From: Salinimicrobium sp.
GTDB lineage: Bacteria; Bacteroidota; Bacteroidia; Flavobacteriales; Flavobacteriaceae
Length of the DNA stretch: 54,175 nt
Assembly: GCA_049687615.1 (NCBI GenBank)
Contig: JBAVJE010000286.1
Coordinates: 1-54,175 of the forward strand
Direction of reading: 5' to 3'
Positions 19,530 to 29,126 of the stretch are shown piece after piece (position 1 is the first letter of the stretch; the number at the start of each line of letters is the position of its first letter). The notes beneath the pieces were generated by a model. That model did not search any database and was not told the origin of the DNA. It was given only the letters and a program-made list of their open reading frames with translations. A program made the position numbers and the translations under genes.

Positions 19530-20578
19530 AGAAGGTTTTATTTATTGAAGACGACACAGTAGTACGTGAGAATACTGCTGAATTATTGGAACTGGCAGAG
19601 TACGAGGTAATCACTGCAGCTAACGGAAAAACCGGCGTGGCAATAGCAAAAGCCGAAAAACCTGACATCATCGTATGTGATATTATGATGCCCGAAATGG
19701 ATGGGTACGGAGTTTTACAGGAACTCGCCAATGATCCCGGAACCCAGCATATCCCTTTCATCTTCCTTTCGGCCAAAACAGAGCACAAAGACATTCGCAA
19801 AGGCATGGACCTTGGTGCCGATGATTATCTCACCAAACCTTTTGAAGAAGAAGAACTCACCAGTGCTATTGAAAGCCGACTGGCGAAAATGGCCATCCTC
19901 AATAAACTGAATGACGGCAGCAATAAAGAACCTCAACAGGAAACTGAGCAAAAGATCAATTCCCTGCATGACCTTCGTGAAGAAGTAAAAAAATACGAAG
20001 AGCAGAATTATAAGGCAGGAGAGACAATTTATGAAGAAGGAAAACAAAGCAATCATTTCTTCTTTCTGGACAGGGGGGTTGTAAAAAGCCATCGTATGGA
20101 CCAGTATGGTAAAGAACTCATCACTTCTATTTATAAGGAAGGTGATTTCTTCGGAAATACTTCCTTTAATAAACCTGTGGCCTATGAAGAATATGCTACC
20201 GCTATGGAAGATACAAGGGTTTATGCCGTTTCTAAAGAAGAGTTGAAAGATATTATTAAGAACAACAGCAATATTACCCTCGAACTTATAGATGTGCTTG
20301 GAGATAATATTTCGGGAATCAAGGAACAGCTTCTTGAAATGGCCTACGGCTCGGTAAGGAAGAAGGCGGCGCGCACCATCCTGTTGTTTTCCCAAAAGAT
20401 ACGAAGACATCCCACCCAGAGTATAAGGATTTCCAGAAGTGATCTTGCCAGTGTGGCAGGTATGGCATCCGAAACTCTAATTAGAACACTCTCAGATTTT
20501 AAAAAGGAAGGATTACTTGAAATAGAAGGCCGTAACATCAAGATTCTAGACGTAGAAGCCCTTAAACGTATCAGCTAA
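19526..20578 (+). CDS. Response regulator with an N-terminal receiver fused to a CRP/FNR-type cNMP-like domain and HTH
   Basis: IEDD, CDIMMP and YLTKPF receiver motifs; EGDFFG cNMP-like barrel; SRSDLASVAGMASETLIRTLSDF HTH. ATGA overlap with the kinase stop. Confidence 0.93.
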   Translation: MKKVLFIEDDTVVRENTAELLELAEYEVITAANGKTGVAIAKAEKPDIIVCDIMMPEMDGYGVLQELANDPGTQHIPFIFLSAKTEHKDIRKGMDLGADDYLTKPFEEEELTSAIESRLAKMAILNKLNDGSNKEPQQETEQKINSLHDLREEVKKYEEQNYKAGETIYEEGKQSNHFFFLDRGVVKSHRMDQYGKELITSIYKEGDFFGNTSFNKPVAYEEYATAMEDTRVYAVSKEELKDIIKNNSNITLELIDVLGDNISGIKEQLLEMAYGSVRKKAARTILLFSQKIRRHPTQSIRISRSDLASVAGMASETLIRTLSDFKKEGLLEIEGRNIKILDVEALKRIS

Positions 20579-20608
20579 AAAATTTATTATTTAGAATCAA
20601 TTCAATAA

Positions 20609-20652
20609 CTGACTTTCATCATTTTTTCCGCTATACCTGCAACTTACTTTTG
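20609..20652 (+). promoter_or_regulatory. FNR-like box, 22-nt spacer and -7 element (usp promoter)
   Basis: CTGACTTTCATCAT at 20609-20622; TACTTTTG at 20645-20652. Confidence 0.8.
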
Positions 20653-20674
20653 CAAGGTAAATTAGATGTGACTG

Positions 20675-21484
20675 ATGATGAATATCCTTTTGCCAACCGA
20701 CTTTTCTGAGAATTCGCGGAATGCTGCCGTCTATGCGCTGGATTTTTTCAAGGGCACGCCTTGTAACTTTTATCTGTTGCACGTACTTCCCATACCCGCA
20801 GATCAAATGGTTACCAGTTACATGAGTGCATCTCCAGAGGTCAAGGAGAAATTCGATAAGCTTCTGGATTGGTTAAACAGCATCAAAAAAAATAGCGAAC
20901 ACACTTTCCACACCTGTTTTAAAGCCAGCTACCTTATTGAAGCCGTAAGGGCCAAGGTACAGGAAAAAAATATTGACCTTATCTTGATGGGTACTAAAGG
21001 TAAGACCAATAATAAGGGTGCTATTGTTGGACAACATACCTCAGATGTGATGATGAAGGTAAGATGCCCTGTTTTGGCTATCTCTGAAAATGCCGTGTTT
21101 AAGGAGCATAAAAACATCCTTTTCCCAACAGATTATAAGATCCACTACGGAAGCAAAATGCTGCGAACACTACTTAACCTCACCTCCCTTTCCAAGGCGA
21201 GTGTGAAAATTCTTGAGATCTTTAATTCTGATAATGAACCTTCAGAAGAGCAGGAAGAAAACCGGGAATTTCTTCAAGATTCATTTTTACCCAAAACCCC
21301 GGTATTACAAACCTATTACACTTCTCAGGAGCCTACTCCTGTCAAAATATTTATGGCCAACCGCAATGTAGATATGATTGTGCTTGCCGCAAAAAATTTG
21401 AATTTATGCCAGAAGTTTCTGCATAATGATCAAAATGATATTCCGTTCATCAACAAACTTCCACTTTTGGTGCTGCACGGATAA
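20675..21484 (+). CDS. Universal stress protein
   Basis: NILLPTDFSENS, DLILMGTKG and VRCPVLAI motifs. Confidence 0.9.
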   Translation: MMNILLPTDFSENSRNAAVYALDFFKGTPCNFYLLHVLPIPADQMVTSYMSASPEVKEKFDKLLDWLNSIKKNSEHTFHTCFKASYLIEAVRAKVQEKNIDLILMGTKGKTNNKGAIVGQHTSDVMMKVRCPVLAISENAVFKEHKNILFPTDYKIHYGSKMLRTLLNLTSLSKASVKILEIFNSDNEPSEEQEENREFLQDSFLPKTPVLQTYYTSQEPTPVKIFMANRNVDMIVLAAKNLNLCQKFLHNDQNDIPFINKLPLLVLHG

Positions 21485-21530
21485 ATTACCTCTTAGTTTT
21501 CAAGTATTATATTAGTTTGTTTTTATTAGA

Positions 21531-21567
21531 AAAGGCGGGGACCCTAAAAAAGTCCCCGCCTTTTTTT
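21531..21567 (+). terminator. Intrinsic terminator after usp
   Basis: AAAGGCGGGGAC...GTCCCCGCCTTTTTTT. Confidence 0.88.
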
Positions 21568-21596
21568 AATAATAATTAGGATAAAAATGTCCTTTT

Positions 21597-21640
21597 ATGA
21601 TTTGACTCATAATGCAGCTGTGCGTTAAGACCCACTTTTG
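21597..21640 (+). promoter_or_regulatory. FNR-like box, 22-nt spacer and -7 element (ric-qnor promoter)
   Basis: ATGATTTGACTCAT at 21597-21610; CACTTTTG at 21633-21640. Confidence 0.8.
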
Positions 21641-21680
21641 TACCTGTAAAACAGTAAAATCCTTATCAAAATTTACAGAT

Positions 21681-22406
21681 ATGAAAGAAATTGAGTCAAA
21701 AACAGTAGCAGACATGGTGACCGAAAACATCAAAACTGCCCATATTTTTAAAAAGTACGGCATAGATTTTTGCTGCGGCGGTGGAATAAGCATTAGCAAA
21801 GCCTGTGAAAAGGCTAATGTCGATTATGATTTATTGAAGAATGACCTGTTGAACGTTGAGAATAATATATCCAGGGCCAACGATTATAACAGCTGGGAAC
21901 TGGATTTTCTTACAGATCATATTATGAATGTTCACCATTCTTATGTAGAGGAGAGTATACCTTTACTTATGCAATACGCAGCCCGTGTAGCCGAGGTTCA
22001 TGGACATCATTATACAGAGCTGCTTGAAATCAAAGATCTCGTCACTCAAGTGGCCGGGGAACTTAGCTCTCATCTCAAAAAAGAAGAATTGATCCTCTTC
22101 CCTTTTATAAAAAACCTGGTAAGAGCCAAAAAAGAAAATTCAGAGGCTCCTCAGGCCCCATTTGGCAGTGTGGACAATCCAATCAAAATGATGGAAGCAG
22201 AACACGAAGATGCAGGTGACCTCCTTCGGAATATTGCCAAACTCAGCAGCAATTATACACCTCCTGAAGCTGCCTGCAATACCTACCGCGCTTTCTATGC
22301 AAAACTGGATGAATTTGAACAGGACCTGCACCAGCATGTGCACCTGGAGAACAACATTCTCTTCCCCAAAGCTCTCAGCCTTGAGAAAGAGCTTAATGCC
22401 CAATAG
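21681..22406 (+). CDS. ric: Iron-sulfur cluster repair di-iron protein (Ric/YtfE/ScdA)
   Basis: DFCCGG N-terminal domain; hemerythrin ligands HH, HLKKEELILFP, EHE and HVHLENNILFP. ATG at 21681, downstream of the promoter. Confidence 0.95.
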   Translation: MKEIESKTVADMVTENIKTAHIFKKYGIDFCCGGGISISKACEKANVDYDLLKNDLLNVENNISRANDYNSWELDFLTDHIMNVHHSYVEESIPLLMQYAARVAEVHGHHYTELLEIKDLVTQVAGELSSHLKKEELILFPFIKNLVRAKKENSEAPQAPFGSVDNPIKMMEAEHEDAGDLLRNIAKLSSNYTPPEAACNTYRAFYAKLDEFEQDLHQHVHLENNILFPKALSLEKELNAQ

Positions 22407-22427
22407 AAAATCCTAACCATTATTCAC

Positions 22428-22477
22428 AAGGCCATCCCGATACCTCCCAAAAATGACTTTTTTGGATGGCCTTTTTT
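22428..22477 (+). terminator. Terminator-like hairpin between ric and qnor
   Basis: AAGGCCATCC...GGATGGCCTTTTTT; long loop. Confidence 0.55.
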
Positions 22478-22489
22478 AAAGCTACACAA

Positions 22490-24778
22490 ATGACAAAAGA
22501 AAGAAAATTATGGATCGCCTTTCTCCTGGTGGTCTCAGTCTCCTTTGCGGTCCTTGGTTACTACGGATTCGAAATCTATCAAAAAGCGCCGCCACGGCCA
22601 ATGAAGGTAGTTAGCACAGAAGGAGAAACTATCTTTAAAGGCCAGGACATTCTCGATGGACAGAACGTATGGCAAAGTATGGGCGGCCAGGAAGTTGGAT
22701 CCATTTGGGGGCATGGGGCTTACACCGCCCCCGACTGGACTGCAGACTGGTTACACAGGGAATCCATTTTCATGTTAAATCACTGGTCAAACACAGATTA
22801 TGGCAAAAACTATGATGAGCTTAACAGCGAAAACCAGGCCCTGCTGGAGAGGAGGCTACAGGAAGAGATTAGAAAGAATACCTATGACGAAGCAAGCAAT
22901 ACTATCACCATAAGTCCTTTGCGTGCACATGCCGCCGAATATCTCCACGAGTACTACAAAGGTCTCTTCATGGATGACGCGAAGCTTGATGAATTAAGAG
23001 CTAATTATGCCATTCCAAAAAATGCTATTAAGGATGAGGCTCGCATGCGACAAATGAGCAGTTTCTTCTTCTGGGCTACCTGGGCCACAGTTACCGAAAG
23101 ACCTGGAAGTGATGTTTCTTATACCCATAACTGGCCACCCGAAGAATTAGTAGGCAACAAACCAACCGGGGATCTGCTTATCTGGACAGGGTTTAGTATA
23201 ATTCTATTGCTGTTTGGTATAGGGGCCATGGTTTTTTACCACGCAAAAATGAAGCATGATGAAGAGTTGGATATGCCGGTAGAAGACCCTTTGATGCGGC
23301 AAACTATTACCCGTTCCATGAGAGCGGTAAAAAAATACCTGTGGGTGGTGAGCCTGCTCATTCTTGTTCAGGTCACCTTTGGAGTCATTACCGCGCATTA
23401 CGGGGTGGAAGGAGATGCTTTTTATGGCTTTGATCTAGCCAAGATCATGCCCTACTCCATCTCCAGGACCTGGCACGTGCAGCTCGGGATTCTCTGGATT
23501 GCCACAGCATGGCTGGCCACCGGGTTATACATTGCACCTGCAGTCTCAGGACGGGACCCTAAATTCCAGACCCTGGGGGTGAATTTCCTTTTTATCTGTT
23601 TACTTATTATAGTTGCGGGTTCTATGGCCGGTCAATGGATGGGCGTGATGCAAAAACTTGGTCTGGAAGAAAACTTCTGGTTTGGCCATCAGGGTTATGA
23701 ATATGTTGATCTTGGTCGCTTTTGGCAAATCTTCCTTTTAATAGGTCTGTTCCTATGGCTTGCCCTTATGGTAAGACCACTCATTCCGGTACTTAAAAAG
23801 AAAACTTCAGAAAGAAACCTGCTGCTTATGTTCCTGGTTTCTTCCGCAGCTATTGCGCTTTTTTACGCCGCGGGACTTATGTGGGGAAGACAAACTAACC
23901 TGGCCATTGCCGAATACTGGCGCTGGTGGGTGGTACACCTGTGGGTAGAAGGTTTCTTTGAAGTATTTGCTACCGTTGTTGGAGCATTCCTATTCGTGAG
24001 ATTGGGATTGTTGAGAACGAAAACAGCTACTCTTAGTGTATTGTTGGCCACAGTAATCTTCCTTTCGGGAGGAATCCTGGGAACTTTTCACCACCTGTAT
24101 TTTAGTGGAACACCTACAGCCGTGATGGCACTCGGTGCAACCTTTAGTGCGCTTGAGGTAGTGCCGCTGGTACTCATTGGATTTGAAGCCTACGAGAACT
24201 ATAGGATGAGTAAAGCGACAAAGTGGATCAGCGACTATAAGTGGCCCATCTACTGCCTTGTGGCGGTAGCATTCTGGAATTTCCTGGGAGCCGGCATTTT
24301 TGGCTTTGTAATTAATCCTCCAATTGCACTTTACTACATGCAGGGCCTTAACACCACCGCCGTTCACGCCCATACCGCTTTATTTGGTGTCTACGGAATG
24401 CTTGGAATTGGCTTGATGATGTTCGTCCTTAGAAGCATGTACAGAATACAAGTGTGGAATGAAAAACTGCTGAAGTTCTCTTTCTGGTCCATCAACATTG
24501 GTTTACTGCTAATGGTTGTGCTAAGTGTACTACCGATAGGCCTCTTGCAAACCGTTGCCAGTGTTAATAAAGGCATGTGGTATGCACGTTCTGCCGAATT
24601 TATGCAACAACCGGGCATGGACACCCTAAGATGGCTTAGAGTGATAGGCGACACCATATTCGCCATCGGTCTTGTCTCTTTCGTGTGGTTCGTTTTTTCG
24701 CTTGACAGCAAAAAGAAGTTGGTTGAGGTAAAAGAAGAGGTGCCCGAAGAGGAAGAAGTCCTCCAGGAAGTTGAATAA
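22490..24778 (+). CDS. norZ: Quinol-dependent nitric oxide reductase (qNor, single subunit)
   Basis: GSIWGHGAY.APDWTADWLH N-domain; RTWH, WWVVHLWVEGFFEVF, GTFHHLY and HAHTALFG ligands. ATG 22490 preferred because 22466 is buried in the hairpin. Confidence 0.95.
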   Translation: MTKERKLWIAFLLVVSVSFAVLGYYGFEIYQKAPPRPMKVVSTEGETIFKGQDILDGQNVWQSMGGQEVGSIWGHGAYTAPDWTADWLHRESIFMLNHWSNTDYGKNYDELNSENQALLERRLQEEIRKNTYDEASNTITISPLRAHAAEYLHEYYKGLFMDDAKLDELRANYAIPKNAIKDEARMRQMSSFFFWATWATVTERPGSDVSYTHNWPPEELVGNKPTGDLLIWTGFSIILLLFGIGAMVFYHAKMKHDEELDMPVEDPLMRQTITRSMRAVKKYLWVVSLLILVQVTFGVITAHYGVEGDAFYGFDLAKIMPYSISRTWHVQLGILWIATAWLATGLYIAPAVSGRDPKFQTLGVNFLFICLLIIVAGSMAGQWMGVMQKLGLEENFWFGHQGYEYVDLGRFWQIFLLIGLFLWLALMVRPLIPVLKKKTSERNLLLMFLVSSAAIALFYAAGLMWGRQTNLAIAEYWRWWVVHLWVEGFFEVFATVVGAFLFVRLGLLRTKTATLSVLLATVIFLSGGILGTFHHLYFSGTPTAVMALGATFSALEVVPLVLIGFEAYENYRMSKATKWISDYKWPIYCLVAVAFWNFLGAGIFGFVINPPIALYYMQGLNTTAVHAHTALFGVYGMLGIGLMMFVLRSMYRIQVWNEKLLKFSFWSINIGLLLMVVLSVLPIGLLQTVASVNKGMWYARSAEFMQQPGMDTLRWLRVIGDTIFAIGLVSFVWFVFSLDSKKKLVEVKEEVPEEEEVLQEVE

Positions 24779-24797
24779 AAAATGAAGAGTTGATGTA

Positions 24798-24832
24798 AAA
24801 GCTGTCCAAAAATCTCATTTTTGGGCAGCTTT
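24798..24832 (+). terminator. Hairpin after qnor
   Basis: AAAGCTGTCCAAAAAT-CTC-ATTTTTGGGCAGCTTT inverted repeat. Confidence 0.65.
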
Positions 24833-24891
24833 ATATTTGCCGGATTTTTTTCTGTCCTCTAAAGCTTTTTCAAAATCATTAATTTTATCTC

Positions 24892-26106
24892 ATGATCAAT
24901 TTGAGACGTCACACCAATATTGCCCTGGCTTATTTTCTTCTTGTGGCACTATTGGGATTATTCTTAAGACTCTTTTTTGTGGTACCCATTCCTGCGAATT
25001 TTAGATACGTGGTACACGGGCATTCACATATTGCCCTGTTAGGGTGGGTGTATCTCTCCTTGACGACGCTTATCTATAAGATGTACCTTTCCGAAGAAAA
25101 ATATGCCGCGGCCTATAAACGCATCTTTTGGTTTACACAACTTACCTTGCTGGGCATGCTTTTTACGTTTCCGTTCACCGGTTATGCAATGTTTTCGATC
25201 ACTTTTTCAACGCTTTTCCTTTTCGCATCCTATCTCATGGCCTGGTTTATACTGAAAAGGACACCTGCGCGACACCGCAACCGAAATTCTTTCAAATGCA
25301 TCAAAGCATCTCTATGGTACCTGGTGATCTCCAGTATTGGCCCCTGGGCCGTGGGTGGCGTAATGGCCACTTTGGGAAAAACGTCCATTTGGTACAAGAT
25401 GTCCATCTATTTTTACCTGCATTTCCAGTACAACGCCTGGTTCATCTTTGCTCTTTGTGGAATTCTCCTGTACTTTCTGGAGCAAAGAAATATTACTCCC
25501 CAAAAAAGGCATTTTCAAAGCTTCTTTAAATTACTGAATGTCGCTGTGGTGCTCAGTTTTTTCCTTTCTGTGCTGTGGGTGGAACCGCATTGGATCTTTT
25601 ACGTACTTGCAGGTACAGGCGCGGTATTACAGCTGTTCGCTTTCCGCAAATTCTTTGTTATGCTTAAAGATCTCTGGAAAGATAAGAGGCTTCCTTTCTC
25701 CCCTTTTCAACAAAACTTATTAAAAATCGTTGGCATCCTGCTGCTGGGCAAAATATTGCTACAGCTGCTTTCCGGTATTCCTTTCTTTGCAGAACTGGCC
25801 TTCACTTATATCAATCTCGTCATTGGTTATTTGCACTGGACCTTCCTGGGTGTGGTAAGCATCAGTCTTTTCGTTTTTTTAGAAACTGCAGGACTATACA
25901 GGATTTCTAAGCCCGCTTTTTGGGTCTATTTTGGGGCTTTTTGTGTCACCGAAGTCCTTATTTTTTCTAAGAGTATTGCAATTTGGCTAGGGCTCCCCCT
26001 TTTTGCCGACTACTACAAGCTCCTGGCTGCGGCAAGTAGTTTCTTCGCAATTGCCATTGGAATATTCCTGGTTAAAAATATCTTAACAAAAAAAACAGAG
26101 TACTAA
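24892..26106 (+). CDS. Uncharacterised ~12-TM membrane protein with three intramembrane His motifs (heme-copper oxidase/NnrS-like appearance)
   Basis: HGHSHIALLGW, YLHFQYNAWF and GYLHWTFLG at roughly three-fold spacing. The CDS is solid; the function is inferred. Confidence 0.7.
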   Translation: MINLRRHTNIALAYFLLVALLGLFLRLFFVVPIPANFRYVVHGHSHIALLGWVYLSLTTLIYKMYLSEEKYAAAYKRIFWFTQLTLLGMLFTFPFTGYAMFSITFSTLFLFASYLMAWFILKRTPARHRNRNSFKCIKASLWYLVISSIGPWAVGGVMATLGKTSIWYKMSIYFYLHFQYNAWFIFALCGILLYFLEQRNITPQKRHFQSFFKLLNVAVVLSFFLSVLWVEPHWIFYVLAGTGAVLQLFAFRKFFVMLKDLWKDKRLPFSPFQQNLLKIVGILLLGKILLQLLSGIPFFAELAFTYINLVIGYLHWTFLGVVSISLFVFLETAGLYRISKPAFWVYFGAFCVTEVLIFSKSIAIWLGLPLFADYYKLLAAASSFFAIAIGIFLVKNILTKKTEY

Positions 26107-26167
26107 TTATATTTCAATTAGAATATCATTAACTCATTTTAAGTCTCATTTTGAGTATCTTAAACTT

Positions 26168-26389
26168 ATGAGATCTTCAGTTACATTCTATATTGCAGTA
26201 ACTACAGTATTTTTAGTAGCGCTTGTAGTACTGGTATTTTTTAATTTCTCTTATAGTGCAATTTTTTATACTATGATCGCAGGACAGGCGTTATGGCTAC
26301 TAACGGTTTTTAAAATTCTTACCAATAATTATTCTACCAAAAAATCTTTTGACGATTGGTATGAGGACCATTTAATCGATAACGAATAA
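26168..26389 (+). CDS. Small two-TM hypothetical protein
   Basis: Two hydrophobic helices and C-terminal YSTKKSFDDWYED. Confidence 0.65.
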   Translation: MRSSVTFYIAVTTVFLVALVVLVFFNFSYSAIFYTMIAGQALWLLTVFKILTNNYSTKKSFDDWYEDHLIDNE

Positions 26390-26429
26390 TTATTGAAAAG
26401 CGGCTTAATCATTTCTCAAAAATTGAAGA

Positions 26430-26473
26430 CTGATCAAGATCATATTTTTTAAAACCCTCATTATCAATATTTG
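26430..26473 (+). promoter_or_regulatory. FNR-like box, 22-nt spacer and -7 element (ccoI promoter)
   Basis: CTGATCAAGATCAT at 26430-26443; AATATTTG at 26466-26473. Confidence 0.8.
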
Positions 26474-26497
26474 CAGCACGAACGAGCAATTAATTTT

Positions 26498-28867
26498 ATG
26501 GAGGAACTATCCTGTTACCATTGTGGTGATGCGATAAGGACATGCGTTACATTTGACGACAAGTCTTTTTGCTGCAATGGGTGCAAAACTGTTTACGAGA
26601 TCTTCTCAGATAACGGCCTGGCTTCATATTACGATATGGATGCCGCACCCGGTGCCGCGCCTTCAAAATTCGAGGGTAAATATGACTTTTTGAGCAATGA
26701 AAAGATTGTTGAAAAGCTGCTCGAATTCAGTGATTCTAATACACAGGTAGTTTCGCTTTATATTCCGCATATTCATTGTAGCTCCTGCATCTGGATTCTT
26801 GAAAATCTCAATAAAATAAGGCCCGAGGTAAGTTCTTCTCAGGTCGATTTCCCCAAGAAGAGCATCAGGATCACTTATAATTCCGAAAAAATTTCATTGA
26901 AGGAACTCGTGCTGTTTTTGAGCAGTATTGGGTACGAGCCTTACATTAGCCTGGACGATACCGAAACCGGAAAAAAAGAGGTTAACCGAGCGATCATCTA
27001 TAAACTTGGGGTGGCAGGCTTTGCCTTTGGTAATGTGATGTTCCTTTCCTTCCCCGAATATTTTGAAGTAAACGAATTCTGGCTAAACCAATACAAAGGC
27101 CTTTTTCGCTGGCTCATGTTCTCGTTTTCCCTCCCGGTACTTTTTTACGCGGCCTCAGACTATTTTATTTCGGCGTTTAAAGGCCTAAGGGCGGGCATTC
27201 TTAATATTGACGTGCCGCTGGCACTGGGAATGATTGTGCTTTTCGTGAGAAGTACGCTGGAAATTATTTTTGACTGGGGGCCGGGATTTTTCGACAGTCT
27301 TACGGGACTCATATTCTTTCTTACCCTCGGAAAATTCTTTCAGCAAAAGACCTATAATTTTCTCTCTTTTGAAAGGGATTATAAATCCTATTTCCCAATA
27401 GGTATTACCAGGATCACTTCCGAAGCTAAAGAGGAGAGCGTCCATGTTCACGAGATTGAACAGGGAGACCGAATCCTCATTAGAAATGAAGAACTTATCC
27501 CGGTAGACGGAATTTTGATTAACGGAAATGCCCTTATTGATTACAGCTTCGTTACAGGAGAGGCCGAAGCCGTGGAAAAAAAATCGGGAGACAAGCTCTA
27601 TGCCGGCGGCCGCCAAATCTCGGGAGTTATAGAGGTGGAGGCGCTAAAATCTATATCACAAAGTTACCTCACGAAGCTTTGGAGCAATGACATTTTTAAG
27701 AATAAGAAAGAAGAATCTTTCACTTCTTTAATCAACACCATCAGCCAGTATTTTACCATGGTGCTTTTAGTGATTGCTTTCTCGGCTACTGCTTTTTGGT
27801 TTTTTATTGACATCAACACAGCGATCAATGTTTTTACCGCCGTTTTGATCATCGCCTGTCCTTGTGCTTTGGCCATGTCAACACCATTTACCTTAGGTAA
27901 CTTGTTGCGCATCTTCGGAAATAAGAAATTTTACCTGAAGAATTCCGGAGTGATTGAGCAACTCGCGAAAATCGACAGCATGGTCTTTGACAAAACGGGA
28001 ACAATCACCTCAAACAAAAAAAATAACATTAGCTATGAAGGAATAAAGCTTACTAAAGAAGAAGAAGCTTTGCTGAAGAATACGCTTCGCAATTCCAATC
28101 ACCCGTTAAGCCGCAGCCTATACGATCTCCTGGCCGAATACGACATAGCACCACCCGAAGAATTCCGCGAAATCACCGGAAAAGGCATGGAAGCCGTACA
28201 TCAAAAGCGGGCCATAAAAGTGGGATCTGCAGATTTTGTTGGCACTGCGCTGCCGCCAACGCTCAATACTTCGGTACACGTAAGTACAGACAACACTTAC
28301 AAAGGCCGCTATATTTTTTACAATGAATACCGGGAAGGCGTAAAAGAACTTTTTAAAGAACTCTCTGCGGGTTATAAGTTATCTATACTTTCGGGAGACA
28401 ATGCGGGAGAAAAAGCGCGTTTACAAAAGCTACTTCCCGAAAATACCGAAATGTTATTCAACCAAAAGCCTGAAGACAAACTTAACTACATCAAATCGCT
28501 ACAGGAGCAAGGGAAAAAAACCCTAATGGTAGGCGACGGTCTTAACGATGCCGGGGCTTTGGCTCAAAGTGAGGTTGGGATCGCGATTTCTGAAAACGTG
28601 AATGTCTTCTCCCCGGCCTGTGACGCTATTTTAGACGCTACCAGATTTGGAGACCTGTTAGAATTTATCAAAGCTTCAAAATCGGGCATGAAGGTGATCA
28701 AAATTAGTATGCTACTGTCATTCCTTTACAATGTGGTAGGGCTTTATTTCGCTGTTACCGGACAATTATCGCCAATTATTGCCGCGATCCTTATGCCGTT
28801 AAGCTCGATAAGTATCATCGTCTTTACCACCATTTGCACCAACTTCATAGGCAAACGAATAAAATAA
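26498..28867 (+). CDS. ccoI: Copper-translocating P1B-type ATPase for cbb3 assembly (CcoI/FixI)
   Basis: CYHCG/CCNGC N-domain, HCSSC HMA motif, TGE, CPC, DKTGT and GDGLND motifs. ATG at 26498. Confidence 0.93.
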   Translation: MEELSCYHCGDAIRTCVTFDDKSFCCNGCKTVYEIFSDNGLASYYDMDAAPGAAPSKFEGKYDFLSNEKIVEKLLEFSDSNTQVVSLYIPHIHCSSCIWILENLNKIRPEVSSSQVDFPKKSIRITYNSEKISLKELVLFLSSIGYEPYISLDDTETGKKEVNRAIIYKLGVAGFAFGNVMFLSFPEYFEVNEFWLNQYKGLFRWLMFSFSLPVLFYAASDYFISAFKGLRAGILNIDVPLALGMIVLFVRSTLEIIFDWGPGFFDSLTGLIFFLTLGKFFQQKTYNFLSFERDYKSYFPIGITRITSEAKEESVHVHEIEQGDRILIRNEELIPVDGILINGNALIDYSFVTGEAEAVEKKSGDKLYAGGRQISGVIEVEALKSISQSYLTKLWSNDIFKNKKEESFTSLINTISQYFTMVLLVIAFSATAFWFFIDINTAINVFTAVLIIACPCALAMSTPFTLGNLLRIFGNKKFYLKNSGVIEQLAKIDSMVFDKTGTITSNKKNNISYEGIKLTKEEEALLKNTLRNSNHPLSRSLYDLLAEYDIAPPEEFREITGKGMEAVHQKRAIKVGSADFVGTALPPTLNTSVHVSTDNTYKGRYIFYNEYREGVKELFKELSAGYKLSILSGDNAGEKARLQKLLPENTEMLFNQKPEDKLNYIKSLQEQGKKTLMVGDGLNDAGALAQSEVGIAISENVNVFSPACDAILDATRFGDLLEFIKASKSGMKVIKISMLLSFLYNVVGLYFAVTGQLSPIIAAILMPLSSISIIVFTTICTNFIGKRIK

Positions 28868-29126
28868 AGGTTTTAAAAAGGACTAATTTTCACCCTTTTT
28901 GAGACACCACATTTAAGGCCGCATCTTCTTATTGAAATTGTTCATCATGGCTGGTGCGGTTTTAGAGACAACTTCTATTGAGATGCATTCATGGCAAAAG
29001 AGTTCAAACAAATCACCTTCTAAAAATGCCATTTTTCACACCTTTTATTTTTCCTCACTGAATACACTGATTATTGGTGGTATCCCTGGCTATTAAATCT
29101 TGAATACTGGATTCGAACTTCGGAAT

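Noticed and set aside
20589..20607. ATTTAGAAT half-site next to the usp box as a Fur box
   Set aside because: Only one half matches (13/19 overall) in AT-rich DNA.
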